Origin: Parcubacteria group bacterium M6-OD1-3
GTDB taxonomy: Bacteria; Patescibacteriota; Minisyncoccia; Moranbacterales; UBA9337
Reading direction: 5' to 3'
DNA length: 64,000 nt
Assembly: GCA_003056165.1 (NCBI GenBank)
Contig: LSNR01000014.1
Span: forward strand, 70,408-134,407
A model generated the notes under the pieces. The model was not told the origin of the DNA. It was given only the letters and a program-made list of their open reading frames with translations, and ran no database searches. Below, in pieces: positions 40,292-49,555 of the stretch. A program made the translations under genes and the position numbers. The stretch's first letter is position 1. Every line of letters starts with the position of its first letter.

Positions 40292-41557
40292 ATGAAGCAA
40301 TCAAAATTATTTACTAAAACGCAAAAATTTGCTCCGAAAGATGAAATTTCAAAAAATGCACAACTTTTGATTCGTGCTGGCTTTGCACATAAAGAGATGG
40401 CGGGAGTTTATTCATTTTTACCTCTAGGTTTACGCGTGATTGAAAAAATTTCTGAAATTATTAAAGTAGAAATGGACGCTATAGGTGGAATGCAAATGAA
40501 AAATTCTGCTTTGCAAGTACAAAATGTTTGGGAAAAAACAAATCGTTGGGATGATGCTGTAGTAGATAATTGGTTTAAAACGGAATTGAAAAACGGAACA
40601 AAAGTTGGGCTTGCTTTTACTCACGAAGAAGCAATGACCAATTTAATGAAAAATTTTGTTTCTTCTTATAAAGATTTACCAGCTTATCCTTATGATATTC
40701 GAACAATGTTTCGCAATGAAACACGAGCTAAGTCTGGATTGATGCGAGGACGAGAATTTTATTGGAAAGCTCTATACTCTTTTTCTATTGATGAAGCACA
40801 ACATAATGAATTTTATGAGCGAGCTAAAAAATCTTATCAAAAAATTTATAAGAATGTTGGTTTAGGTGCTAAAACTTATTTAACTTTTGCTAGCGGTGGA
40901 ACATTTTCTAAATATTCTCATGAATTTCAAACTATTTCCGAAGCAGGAGAGGATATAATTTATGTTGATGAAGAAAAAAATATAGCAATCAACAAAGAAG
41001 TTTTGACCGACGAAGTTTTGTCTGATTTGAATGTCAATAAGGATAATTTAAAAGAAACTAAAGCAATTGAAGTTGGCAATATTTTTTCACTAGGTACAAA
41101 ATTTTCTGAGCCGATTGGTTTAACTTATAAAAATAAAGATGGAAAAGAGAAAAAGGTTTTTATGGGCAGTTATGGAATTGGTATTGGACGCTTAATGGGG
41201 ACTATTGTAGAAGTGTTTGCTGATGATAAGGGCATTGTTTGGCCGGAAAGTGTAGCGCCGTTTAAAATACACTTATTAGTACTCGGTACTCAGTCGGTAG
41301 TTCGCAGTCAGGCTGATGAACTTTATAGGAAGTTACAGGAGGCTGGGGTGGAAGTATTATATGACGAAAGAGATATTCAACCGGGGCAAAAATTTGCTGA
41401 TTCAGATTTGATTGGTATTCCATATCGAGTGGTAATTTCTGAGCGTTCATTGAAAGATGGTGGTGTAGAATTAAAAAAACGAAATGAAGAAAAAGGTAAA
41501 ATTGTTAAAATAAAAAATTTATTAGAAAATAAAAAATATGCAAGAAATAATAATTAG
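40292..41557 (+). CDS. proS: Prolyl-tRNA synthetase (short form without editing domain)
   Basis: LLIRAG, THEE, FRNE.R...GLMRGREF, MGSYGIG, anticodon-binding domain. Confidence 0.95.
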   Translation: MKQSKLFTKTQKFAPKDEISKNAQLLIRAGFAHKEMAGVYSFLPLGLRVIEKISEIIKVEMDAIGGMQMKNSALQVQNVWEKTNRWDDAVVDNWFKTELKNGTKVGLAFTHEEAMTNLMKNFVSSYKDLPAYPYDIRTMFRNETRAKSGLMRGREFYWKALYSFSIDEAQHNEFYERAKKSYQKIYKNVGLGAKTYLTFASGGTFSKYSHEFQTISEAGEDIIYVDEEKNIAINKEVLTDEVLSDLNVNKDNLKETKAIEVGNIFSLGTKFSEPIGLTYKNKDGKEKKVFMGSYGIGIGRLMGTIVEVFADDKGIVWPESVAPFKIHLLVLGTQSVVRSQADELYRKLQEAGVEVLYDERDIQPGQKFADSDLIGIPYRVVISERSLKDGGVELKKRNEEKGKIVKIKNLLENKKYARNNN

Positions 41558-42032
41558 TTGGCTCACAGGAATGCCAAGGGAACTAGCGACTTTTTTAATG
41601 GCGATGTTACCAGTAACGGAATTGCGAGCTTCTATTCCTGTGGCAATTTTGAAATATCATTTATCTCCAATGTCGGCGTTTTTCTGGTCGGTATTAGGAA
41701 ATTCATTCTTGGGAGTAATAGTTTTATTATTGATTGAGCCTATCGTAAAAAGCATAATAGAGCGGTTCGATTTTTTAAATAATATTTGGCAAAAATATAT
41801 TGGCAGATTGCGAGAAAAAAACAAAGAAAAATTTGCTAAATGGGAAGCATGGGCGTTAATTTCTTTCGTAGCGATACCTTTGCCGATGACCGGAGCGTTT
41901 AGCGGAGCGGTTGCTGCTTCCATTTTTCAAATTAAGGCAAGAAAAGCAATTCCGTTAATAATTTTAGGTTGTGCAATTTCCGGAACAATAGTGACAGCAT
42001 TAACTATATTTAGTAAAAATTTTGTGCATTAA
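41538..42032 (+). CDS. Small multi-drug export family membrane protein (COG2426-like)
   Basis: MLPVTELRASIP, FVAIPLPMTGA. Confidence 0.88.
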   Translation: MQEIIISWLTGMPRELATFLMAMLPVTELRASIPVAILKYHLSPMSAFFWSVLGNSFLGVIVLLLIEPIVKSIIERFDFLNNIWQKYIGRLREKNKEKFAKWEAWALISFVAIPLPMTGAFSGAVAASIFQIKARKAIPLIILGCAISGTIVTALTIFSKNFVH

Positions 42033-42046
42033 AATTTTATAAAATT

Positions 42047-42811
42047 ATGGAAAAATTAATAATTGGAAATTTAAAAATGAATATTGTTTCTGATGTCGAA
42101 CGAGAAAACTATTTTAAAAGTTTTAAAAAAAGTATTAGAAATAAAAAACTTAAGCAGACAAAAATAATACTTTGTCCGCCGACAATTCACTTGGAAACAT
42201 TTACTAAAAAAATTAAAAATAAAAACGTTTCTTTCGGTGCACAAAATGTTTATTACGAAAACAAAGGTTCTTATACTGGAGAAATTTCTCCTGCAATGGT
42301 AAAAAATTTTGGTGGGGAATATGTTATCATTGGACACAGTGAAAGACGAAAATATTTTAACGAAACTGATAAAACTGTAAATCAAAAAATTAAGCTGTCA
42401 CTTAAAGAAAAATTACAACCGATTTTTTGTTTGGGAGAAACTTCTGAGGAAAGAAAAAGTGGGGAATTAAAAAATATTATTAGCAAACAATTAAAAAAAG
42501 GATTAGCAGATATTCCTAAAAATAAAATTTTCAAAGTAATCATTGCCTACGAGCCGATTTGGGCGATAGGGACCGGTGACATACCGACATCTGAAAATAT
42601 TATGGAGGTACAAATTTTAATTAAGAAAATTTTAGTAGATAATTTTTCTTTAAATATTAACAAGTTACCGAAAATATTATACGGTGGTTCAGTGAATTAT
42701 CGGAATGCCAAAAATCTTTGTTTAGATGTTGGAATGGATGGAGTATTAGTTGGTGGAGAATCTTTGCATCCCGTTGATTTTTTGAAAATAGTTGAAGTTT
42801 TGGATAAATAA
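42047..42811 (+). CDS. tpiA: Triosephosphate isomerase
   Basis: GNLKMN, GHSERR, AYEPIWAIGTG, LYGGSV. Confidence 0.97.
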   Translation: MEKLIIGNLKMNIVSDVERENYFKSFKKSIRNKKLKQTKIILCPPTIHLETFTKKIKNKNVSFGAQNVYYENKGSYTGEISPAMVKNFGGEYVIIGHSERRKYFNETDKTVNQKIKLSLKEKLQPIFCLGETSEERKSGELKNIISKQLKKGLADIPKNKIFKVIIAYEPIWAIGTGDIPTSENIMEVQILIKKILVDNFSLNINKLPKILYGGSVNYRNAKNLCLDVGMDGVLVGGESLHPVDFLKIVEVLDK

Positions 42812-42861
42812 TTAAATTAAAAACTTTATATAATATTTTATTTTATAAAGTCAAAATAAAT

Positions 42862-43728
42862 ATGTTAGAGTATGTAAAAGATATCTTAGTCGAAGCTAAG
42901 GAAAATAATTATGCCGTAGGAGCATTCAATACTACAAATCTGGAAACCACACAAGCTATTTTAGAAGCGGCACAAGAAAAAAAATCTCCTGTAATTATTC
43001 AAGTAACGGAAAAAACGATGGATTATGCTGGCGGAAGAAATATTTTTCAAATAATTAAAAATACAGCTGAGTATTATTACCCAGAAATTCCAGTTGGTAT
43101 TCATTTAGATCATGGAAAAAGTTTCGAAGTAATTCAGCGCGCAATAGAAATCGGTTTTACTTCAGTGATGTACGATGGTTCTAGAGGAAAATATGAAGAT
43201 AATTTAATGACCACAAAAAGAATTTCTGAATATTGTCACAAAAAAAATATTAATATTCAAGCGGAGTTAGGGAATGTTCCTTATTTGAAAGAAGTTGGAA
43301 TTATAGATGTTGATTGGGATAAATATATGACTGATCCGGAACAGGCGGAAAAATTTGTAACTGAGACAAGTATCGATGCTTTAGCTGTAGCAGTCGGTAA
43401 TGCCCATGGTTTTGCCAAAGAGCGATCTAAACCAGACTACGAGAGATTGGATAATATCAGCAAACGATTAGATGTTCCTTTAATTATGCATGGTGCCTCA
43501 GATTGGGAAGAAGAGAAAGTTAGGAATGCTATTGAAAGAGGTATTAGTTGTTTTAATGTTGATACTGCCTCAAGGGTAGCTTTTATTACTAGTTTGGTTA
43601 AAACTATCAGCGAAACAAAAGAACTTTCATATGACATTAGAACTCATTTGGGAAAGGCTAGGAAAGCGATAAAAGAAACTGTTATGCATAAGATGGATAT
43701 TTTTAAAAGTGCTGGAAAAATTAAGTAG
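42862..43728 (+). CDS. fba: Class II fructose-bisphosphate aldolase
   Basis: HLDHG, SVMYDGS, GNAHG, MHGAS. Confidence 0.93.
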   Translation: MLEYVKDILVEAKENNYAVGAFNTTNLETTQAILEAAQEKKSPVIIQVTEKTMDYAGGRNIFQIIKNTAEYYYPEIPVGIHLDHGKSFEVIQRAIEIGFTSVMYDGSRGKYEDNLMTTKRISEYCHKKNINIQAELGNVPYLKEVGIIDVDWDKYMTDPEQAEKFVTETSIDALAVAVGNAHGFAKERSKPDYERLDNISKRLDVPLIMHGASDWEEEKVRNAIERGISCFNVDTASRVAFITSLVKTISETKELSYDIRTHLGKARKAIKETVMHKMDIFKSAGKIK

Positions 43729-43746
43729 TAATTATGAATATAAGAA

Positions 43747-44928
43747 ATGAGTGAGATAAATAAAGTGCTGGTCGTAGCTCCGGTACCGTTTTTTGTTGAC
43801 AGAGGAACTCCGATGCGTATTTTGGAAGAGTCTTTAGCATTGGAAAGAAAGGGTCTGAAGGTTGATATCGTTACCTATCATTTGGGTCGAGATATTAAAG
43901 ATTTGGCACCGGAAAGTAAAATTAAAATACATCGCGTCGTTAGGTTTTTGTTTTGGTATAATAAAAAAGAATCGGGACCAAGCTGGCAAAAAATAATCTT
44001 GGATATGTTATTGATTGTCAAAGTTTTACGGGTCTACTTCAAAATCAAGCCGGATGTTATTCATGCTCATTTACACGAAGGCGTTTTAATTGGTTGGCTT
44101 GTTCAAAAAATTATTTTTTGGAAAAAAATAAAACTAGTAGCTGATTTTCATGGAGAATTAGTTAATGAAATGACCTCACACGGCTATTTAAACGGAGGCT
44201 GGCTCAAAAAAATTTTTCATTTTCTGGAAAAAGTAATTTTTTCAATGGGTGATTGGACAATTGCCAGTTCCGGAGAATTAAAGACAATAATTTATAAATC
44301 AAAAAAAGATAATAGAGTGGATATTGTTTTGGATGGCGTAAATTTAGAAAGATATAATTTAAAAAATAAAGACGCTCATACCAACACAAACAATACTTTG
44401 CTAACAATTATTTATTCTGGAGCATTCGTCCAGAATAAAGGAATCGATTTGTTATTGGAGGCTATTTTAAAAATTTCGCAAAAAAATATTAAGGATGTAT
44501 CATTTATTTTGGCGGGAGGTCCAATTGAAAATATAAAAGACTTTATTAAAAAAAATAATTTGAAAAAAATAGTTAAAATTATTAGTCCGTTGGACTATAA
44601 GGATTTGCCAGAAGTTAATATATTGGGAGACATTGCGATTGATCCGAAAACTTCACAAGTCGGGCAAGCAAGTGGAAAAATTTTACAATATATGGCAGCA
44701 GGTTTACCGGTAATTTGTTTCGACAGAAAAAATAATAGAAAATATCTGAAGGAAGCAGGATATTATGTGACAGATTTTTCCGCTGACGGATTAGTCACGG
44801 CAATTTTATATTTCAAAAAAAATCCGGACAAAATAAAAACAATGTCCGCAACTTCTCGAGAAATGGCTAAACAATTCTCTTGGGACAAATCCGCCAAAAA
44901 AATAACTGAAGTTTATCAAAAAATTTAA
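43747..44928 (+). CDS. GT4 family glycosyltransferase
   Basis: PDVIHAH, KGIDLL, K...YMAAGLPVI, FSW. Confidence 0.9.
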   Translation: MSEINKVLVVAPVPFFVDRGTPMRILEESLALERKGLKVDIVTYHLGRDIKDLAPESKIKIHRVVRFLFWYNKKESGPSWQKIILDMLLIVKVLRVYFKIKPDVIHAHLHEGVLIGWLVQKIIFWKKIKLVADFHGELVNEMTSHGYLNGGWLKKIFHFLEKVIFSMGDWTIASSGELKTIIYKSKKDNRVDIVLDGVNLERYNLKNKDAHTNTNNTLLTIIYSGAFVQNKGIDLLLEAILKISQKNIKDVSFILAGGPIENIKDFIKKNNLKKIVKIISPLDYKDLPEVNILGDIAIDPKTSQVGQASGKILQYMAAGLPVICFDRKNNRKYLKEAGYYVTDFSADGLVTAILYFKKNPDKIKTMSATSREMAKQFSWDKSAKKITEVYQKI

Positions 44929-44962
44929 TAAAGAACCTATTTTTTCTGTCTAAGAAGGGAAG

Positions 44963-45022
44963 TATCCATTTAAATAACCATTTAAATAACCATTTAAATA
45001 TCCATTTAAATAACCATTAAAA
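44963..45022 (+). repeat. Five tandem 12-bp repeats TAWCCATTTAAA directly upstream of abrB-like gene
   Basis: tatccatttaaa taaccatttaaa taaccatttaaa tatccatttaaa taaccattaaaa. Confidence 0.95.
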
Positions 45023-45031
45023 AATAAAAAT

Positions 45032-45214
45032 ATGAGAAGAAAACTTGAAGATCGTAGTATAAGAAAAATTTCTAAGCGTGGTTCTGGTAGTTACGGCGTA
45101 ACTATTCCAATTGAACTCGTTCGTCAATTAAAATGGCGAACAAAACAAAAAGTTATCATCAAAAAATCTGGAAACAAACTAATTATTGAAGATTGGAAAC
45201 CTACTAGACGATAG
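45032..45214 (+). CDS. AbrB/MazE/SpoVT-family DNA-binding protein
   Basis: IRKISKRGSGSYGVTIPIELVRQLKW..KQKV...IIEDWK. Confidence 0.88.
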   Translation: MRRKLEDRSIRKISKRGSGSYGVTIPIELVRQLKWRTKQKVIIKKSGNKLIIEDWKPTRR

Positions 45215-45280
45215 ATGGGAAATAAAGCAACTAACAAAAAAGCAAAGAATTATTTGAAAAATCTAGGATATTAAAATAAA

Positions 45281-46120
45281 ATGAAAAAAGAATTAAAAAA
45301 CAATAAAGACATTGCTGTTTTTGAACGAGGGGAAGTAAGAAAAGTTTGGAAAAAAGAAAAATGGTATTTTTCAGTGATTGATATTGTAGCTGTGCTGACT
45401 AATCAAAGTGATTTTAAAAAAGCAAAGACTTACTGGACTACATTAAAAAATCGTCTTAAAAATGAGGGAAGTGAGTTGGTCACAAAATGTGACCAACTGA
45501 AAATGCAATCGATTGATGGCAAGTTTTATAAAACAGATGTCGCTGATGTTGAAACAATTTTACGATTGGTGCAATCTATACCGAGTAAAAAAGCCGAACC
45601 CTTTAAATTGTGGTTAGCAAAAGTAGGGAAGGAAAGAATTGACGAAATCGCTGACCCAGAACTTGCAGTGAATAGGGCAAAAGAAATTTATGAGAAAAAA
45701 GGATATCCAAAAGATTGGATAGACAAAAGAATGCGAGGCATTGCAGTAAGAAATACTTTAACTGATGAATAGAAAAGAAGAGAAATAAAAAAGGGTTATG
45801 AATTTGGAATTTTAACCAATGAGATTTATAAAAATACTTTTAATGAAGATTATAAATCTTTGATGAAAATAAAAAACTTAGACAAGAAGAACAAAGATAA
45901 TTTGCGAGATCATATGGGAGATATTGAGTTGATATTAACAATGTTAGCCGAAGTAACTTCCACGGATATTTCTAAAGCAAAAAATTCAAAAGGATTAAAA
46001 GAAATAAAAACTGATATTAAAAAAGGCGGAAAAATCGCTGGAGAAGCAAGACAAAAAATCGAAAAAGAAACCAACAAAAAAGTTATTACTGGTGAAAATT
46101 TTAAAAAACTAAATAATTGA
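45281..46120 (+). pseudogene. Bro-N domain (phage antirepressor-like) gene interrupted by one in-frame TAG at 45770-45772
   Basis: WYFSVIDI, IPSKKAEPFKLWLA; frame continues TDE*KRREI...ILTNEIY...NLRDHM...TMLAE to 46120. Confidence 0.88.
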
Positions 46121-46184
46121 CGAATGCTGATATGAGTAGTAAGATTAGGGAAAAGATAGAGTAATTTTTTAAATGTGTTTATTT

Positions 46185-47210
46185 ATGGAAAATAAAAATA
46201 TAATTGAAAAAATAGAAAAACTTAGAAATTCACGAGTTATAACCTATATAACTAGCGACCGACAAGGTCCAGTCAATGCTAAAATTGCTGGAGATATTAT
46301 TCCAATTATCAGTAATCAATTAAGAAAAATTGGCAAAACTGATAAAATTGATTTGTTTTTGTATAGTGCTGGTGGTGATACTATGGTTCCTTGGCGTATG
46401 GTTTCGATGATTAGGGAATATTGTAAGGAATTTTCTGTGTTAATTCCGTATAAGGCACATAGTTCTGCTACTATGATTTCTTTGGGTGCAGATAAAATTG
46501 TTATGAGTGATTTATCAGAGTTATCACCGATTGATCCTTCAACCGCTAATGTTTTTAACCCAGTTGACCCGCAAAATCCACAAAGTCGAATTCCAATTTC
46601 AGTTGAGGATGTTATGGCGTATTTTGATCTAGCGAAAAATAAATTTGGTATAAAAAATGATGAAGATCTAACTAAAATTTTTAACAAGTTTATAGACTCT
46701 AATCCGCAAATTCATCCTTTAGCACTTGGTAATGTAAATCGTACGCATAATTTAATTAGAATTTTAGCAAAACGATTATTAAAAAGTCATCAAGAGCCAA
46801 TGAAAGATGATGTTATTGATAAAATTGTTGATAATTTTACAGAGAAATTATATTCACACCAATATTATATTGGTCGCAAAGAAGCCAAGGAAGACTTAGG
46901 AATTGAATCGGTTAAATATGCGGAGGATGACTTGGCTAATGCAATGACTGAACTATATGAAGCGTATAAAAAAGAAATGGAATTAGATGTTATTTTTAAT
47001 TCAGAAAATGAATTAGGTGAAAATGTTTCTGTAAATAAAAAGGAATATAAAATAGCATTTGCAGAAAGTGCAAGTTTATCAAATTATTTTAACCTATCAA
47101 TTGAATTTAAAAAACAACAAATAACCACGACACAACAAACTCCACAAGGACCAATGCAAATCCCGCAAGAACAAGTTGGCTTTAAGATTATTGGACAAGG
47201 GTGGAAGTAA
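46185..47210 (+). CDS. ClpP-class (SDH/S49-like) serine protease (start 46185 or 46173)
   Basis: LFLYSAGG, AHSSATMISLGADKIVM...SELSPIDP, later LYSH; promoter-like TTGACG-N17-TAAGAT at 46117-46145. Confidence 0.85.
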   Translation: MENKNIIEKIEKLRNSRVITYITSDRQGPVNAKIAGDIIPIISNQLRKIGKTDKIDLFLYSAGGDTMVPWRMVSMIREYCKEFSVLIPYKAHSSATMISLGADKIVMSDLSELSPIDPSTANVFNPVDPQNPQSRIPISVEDVMAYFDLAKNKFGIKNDEDLTKIFNKFIDSNPQIHPLALGNVNRTHNLIRILAKRLLKSHQEPMKDDVIDKIVDNFTEKLYSHQYYIGRKEAKEDLGIESVKYAEDDLANAMTELYEAYKKEMELDVIFNSENELGENVSVNKKEYKIAFAESASLSNYFNLSIEFKKQQITTTQQTPQGPMQIPQEQVGFKIIGQGWK

Positions 47211-47232
47211 TAAATAATTAAAAAATAAAAAT

Positions 47233-47865
47233 ATGGAAAATAAATTAAATAAGTACGATTCAATATTGGCTGCTGTTGAATTTGCTGATCCAATGATTGA
47301 GGTGCAAAAAGCGCTGGATGATAGCCAGTTATTAAAAGATAAAAAATATAGTTTAGGATTGTCAGAGGCTAGTATTAAAAAAATAAACCCTCAAAATCCT
47401 TCTGAGGTCTTAGTCTCTCTAAATAGGATACAACTTCAAGAATCTGAGTTTTTAGTTGAAAAAAGTAATGAAATTATAAATATTATTCAGTCGCTTAATG
47501 AAGCTAGGAGCGCTGTAGTGAATAATTCTGTTAATAAAATTAAATTTTGTGGTGCAATTTTTACCATAAAACACTTAATTGATGACAAAGAAATTGGCAC
47601 AATAGAAAAAATCTTTAATTTAAAAAATGTAAATAAAGAAACAAGAAGTTTTAATTTTAAATCAGATGATAGTAAATATAATTATAATATTGTTACGGAA
47701 TTTGATTATAAAGTAAAAAAGCATTTAAAGATAATTTTTGATGTAAATAATATACACCAAACGGAAGAAAAAAAAATTGAACAACTGGAAGATATTATAA
47801 ATGAAATAAAAAATAAAATAGATAAAAAGAAAAACTTTTTTAATTTTATTGAAACTTTATTATAA
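47233..47865 (+). CDS. Hypothetical protein (210 aa)
   Basis: Long ORF in operon spacing; no confident family. Confidence 0.75.
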   Translation: MENKLNKYDSILAAVEFADPMIEVQKALDDSQLLKDKKYSLGLSEASIKKINPQNPSEVLVSLNRIQLQESEFLVEKSNEIINIIQSLNEARSAVVNNSVNKIKFCGAIFTIKHLIDDKEIGTIEKIFNLKNVNKETRSFNFKSDDSKYNYNIVTEFDYKVKKHLKIIFDVNNIHQTEEKKIEQLEDIINEIKNKIDKKKNFFNFIETLL

Positions 47866-47871
47866 ACAAAT

Positions 47872-48468
47872 ATGCTTTCACAGGACAATAAAACAATTGA
47901 AGATGATATAGAATTTTTTGAAGAGCCCACTACTCCAAAAAAAATAGAGAGAAGTGTAACTTTTGATGACTTAAATCCATTAAGAGAAGCTATTATTAAT
48001 TTGGATAATAAGGCTAATAAAATAAGTAGTAAGTACGAGAAAATAGAAAAAGGTATCAAGAATCAAGAAGCAGAACTTAAAAAGCAAAAGAAAAACTTTA
48101 ACAACCAGAAAGAAATTATTAATGATCAAAAAAATGACATTAAAGCAATAAAGGCGGATCTCGAAAATCAAACCAATAGAATCCCTGAAATAGTTGGTTT
48201 GTTTTCTGCGATAATAGCAATTGTATTAATAGATGTTAGTGTGATTAAATCTGCTCAGAGTTTTCTTGGAGCCATATTGTTAATAATATCGTTGACATGT
48301 TCTATTGCTATATTTGCTGTGTTAATACACTCCTTTTTTTCGCCAGATGATAAATCTGAGTTTGGTAAATCATTTTGGGTGCCAATAAGCATCCTCATAA
48401 TTTTTGTAATTATAGGAGGCGCAACTTATTTCACAGGTAATGATTTGTACAAATTTTTGGAAAAATAA
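47872..48468 (+). CDS. Coiled-coil protein with three C-terminal TM helices
   Basis: Heptad-rich N-half, then EIVGLFSAII, FLGAILLII and FWVPISILII hydrophobic segments. Confidence 0.8.
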   Translation: MLSQDNKTIEDDIEFFEEPTTPKKIERSVTFDDLNPLREAIINLDNKANKISSKYEKIEKGIKNQEAELKKQKKNFNNQKEIINDQKNDIKAIKADLENQTNRIPEIVGLFSAIIAIVLIDVSVIKSAQSFLGAILLIISLTCSIAIFAVLIHSFFSPDDKSEFGKSFWVPISILIIFVIIGGATYFTGNDLYKFLEK

Positions 48469-48543
48469 AAGTGATACAGGGAAATCGTGTAATGAAAAAA
48501 TAAATTTATTGAAAATAAAAGCAAGGACTAACTTAAAATAAAT

Positions 48544-49554
48544 ATGGTGGTAAAACAAAAGAAAAAGGTTATAGTTAAAACACTTTTTTCTGAAAACAAA
48601 AAGAATACCAAAAAGAATATAAAATTTACATTCATAGATTTATTTGCAGGGATTGGTGGTATTAGATTAGGCTTTGAAAAAGTTGGAGGAGAATGTGTTT
48701 TTACTTCTGAGTGGGATAAATTTGCAGCCGAAACATATCGAGAAAATTTTGAGGAACTTCCTTACGGAGATATAACAAAAATTATTCCAGAAGAAATCCC
48801 GCCTTTTAATATTTTGCTAGCTGGTTTTCCATGCCAGCCATTTTCAAACGCAGGATTAAAAAAAGGTTTTGATGACACCAGAGGAACTCTATTTTTTGAT
48901 ATAGCAAGAATTATTAAACATCATAAGCCAGAGGTTGTTTTTCTTGAAAATGTAAAAGGTTTCAGGGGGCATGATAAGGGAAACACCTTTAAAACTATAA
49001 AAAGGAAATTAGAAAGTTTAGGATACAAAGTATTTGACAAAGTGTTAAATGCAAGAGACTTCGGTGTACCACAAAATAGAGAGCGTATTTATATAATTGC
49101 ATTTTTAGATAAAAATATTAATTTTGAATATCCTGTTGAAAATAAAAAAACAAAACTTGGGAACATATTAGAGCAGTTTGTTGATGAAAAGTATACTCTT
49201 TCAGACAAGCTTTGGGAAGGACATCAAAGAAGAAAAAAAGAACACAAAGCAAAAGGCAATGGATTTGGATATTCTATATTTGATAAGGATTCTAAATACA
49301 CAAGCACGATGAGTGCTAGATATTACAAAGACGGTTCTGAAATTTTAATTAAACAAAATGGAAAAAATCCAAGAAAACTTACTCCTAGAGAAGCGTTGCG
49401 CTTGCAAGGATATCCAGATACATATAAAATTATAGTTAGTGATACACAAATGTATAAGCAATGTGGTAATAGTGTAGCAGTGCCTGTAATAAAAGCGTTG
49501 GCGAAAAAAATCATGGAGACAGATGTAAAATTTAAGAAACATAATTTTAAATAA
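48544..49554 (+). CDS. dcm: C5-cytosine DNA methyltransferase (SsoII/Dcm-like)
   Basis: FIDLFAGIGG, GFPCQPFS, ENVK, QNRER, SARYYKDGSEILI, GNSV. Confidence 0.95.
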   Translation: MVVKQKKKVIVKTLFSENKKNTKKNIKFTFIDLFAGIGGIRLGFEKVGGECVFTSEWDKFAAETYRENFEELPYGDITKIIPEEIPPFNILLAGFPCQPFSNAGLKKGFDDTRGTLFFDIARIIKHHKPEVVFLENVKGFRGHDKGNTFKTIKRKLESLGYKVFDKVLNARDFGVPQNRERIYIIAFLDKNINFEYPVENKKTKLGNILEQFVDEKYTLSDKLWEGHQRRKKEHKAKGNGFGYSIFDKDSKYTSTMSARYYKDGSEILIKQNGKNPRKLTPREALRLQGYPDTYKIIVSDTQMYKQCGNSVAVPVIKALAKKIMETDVKFKKHNFK

Positions 49555-49555
49555 T

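Noticed and set aside
45770-45772. Stop-codon reassignment (TAG or TGA read as sense)
   Set aside because: TAG and TGA end intact genes here (5566, 8496, ligA 22552) and long core genes have no internal stops, so code 11 fits.
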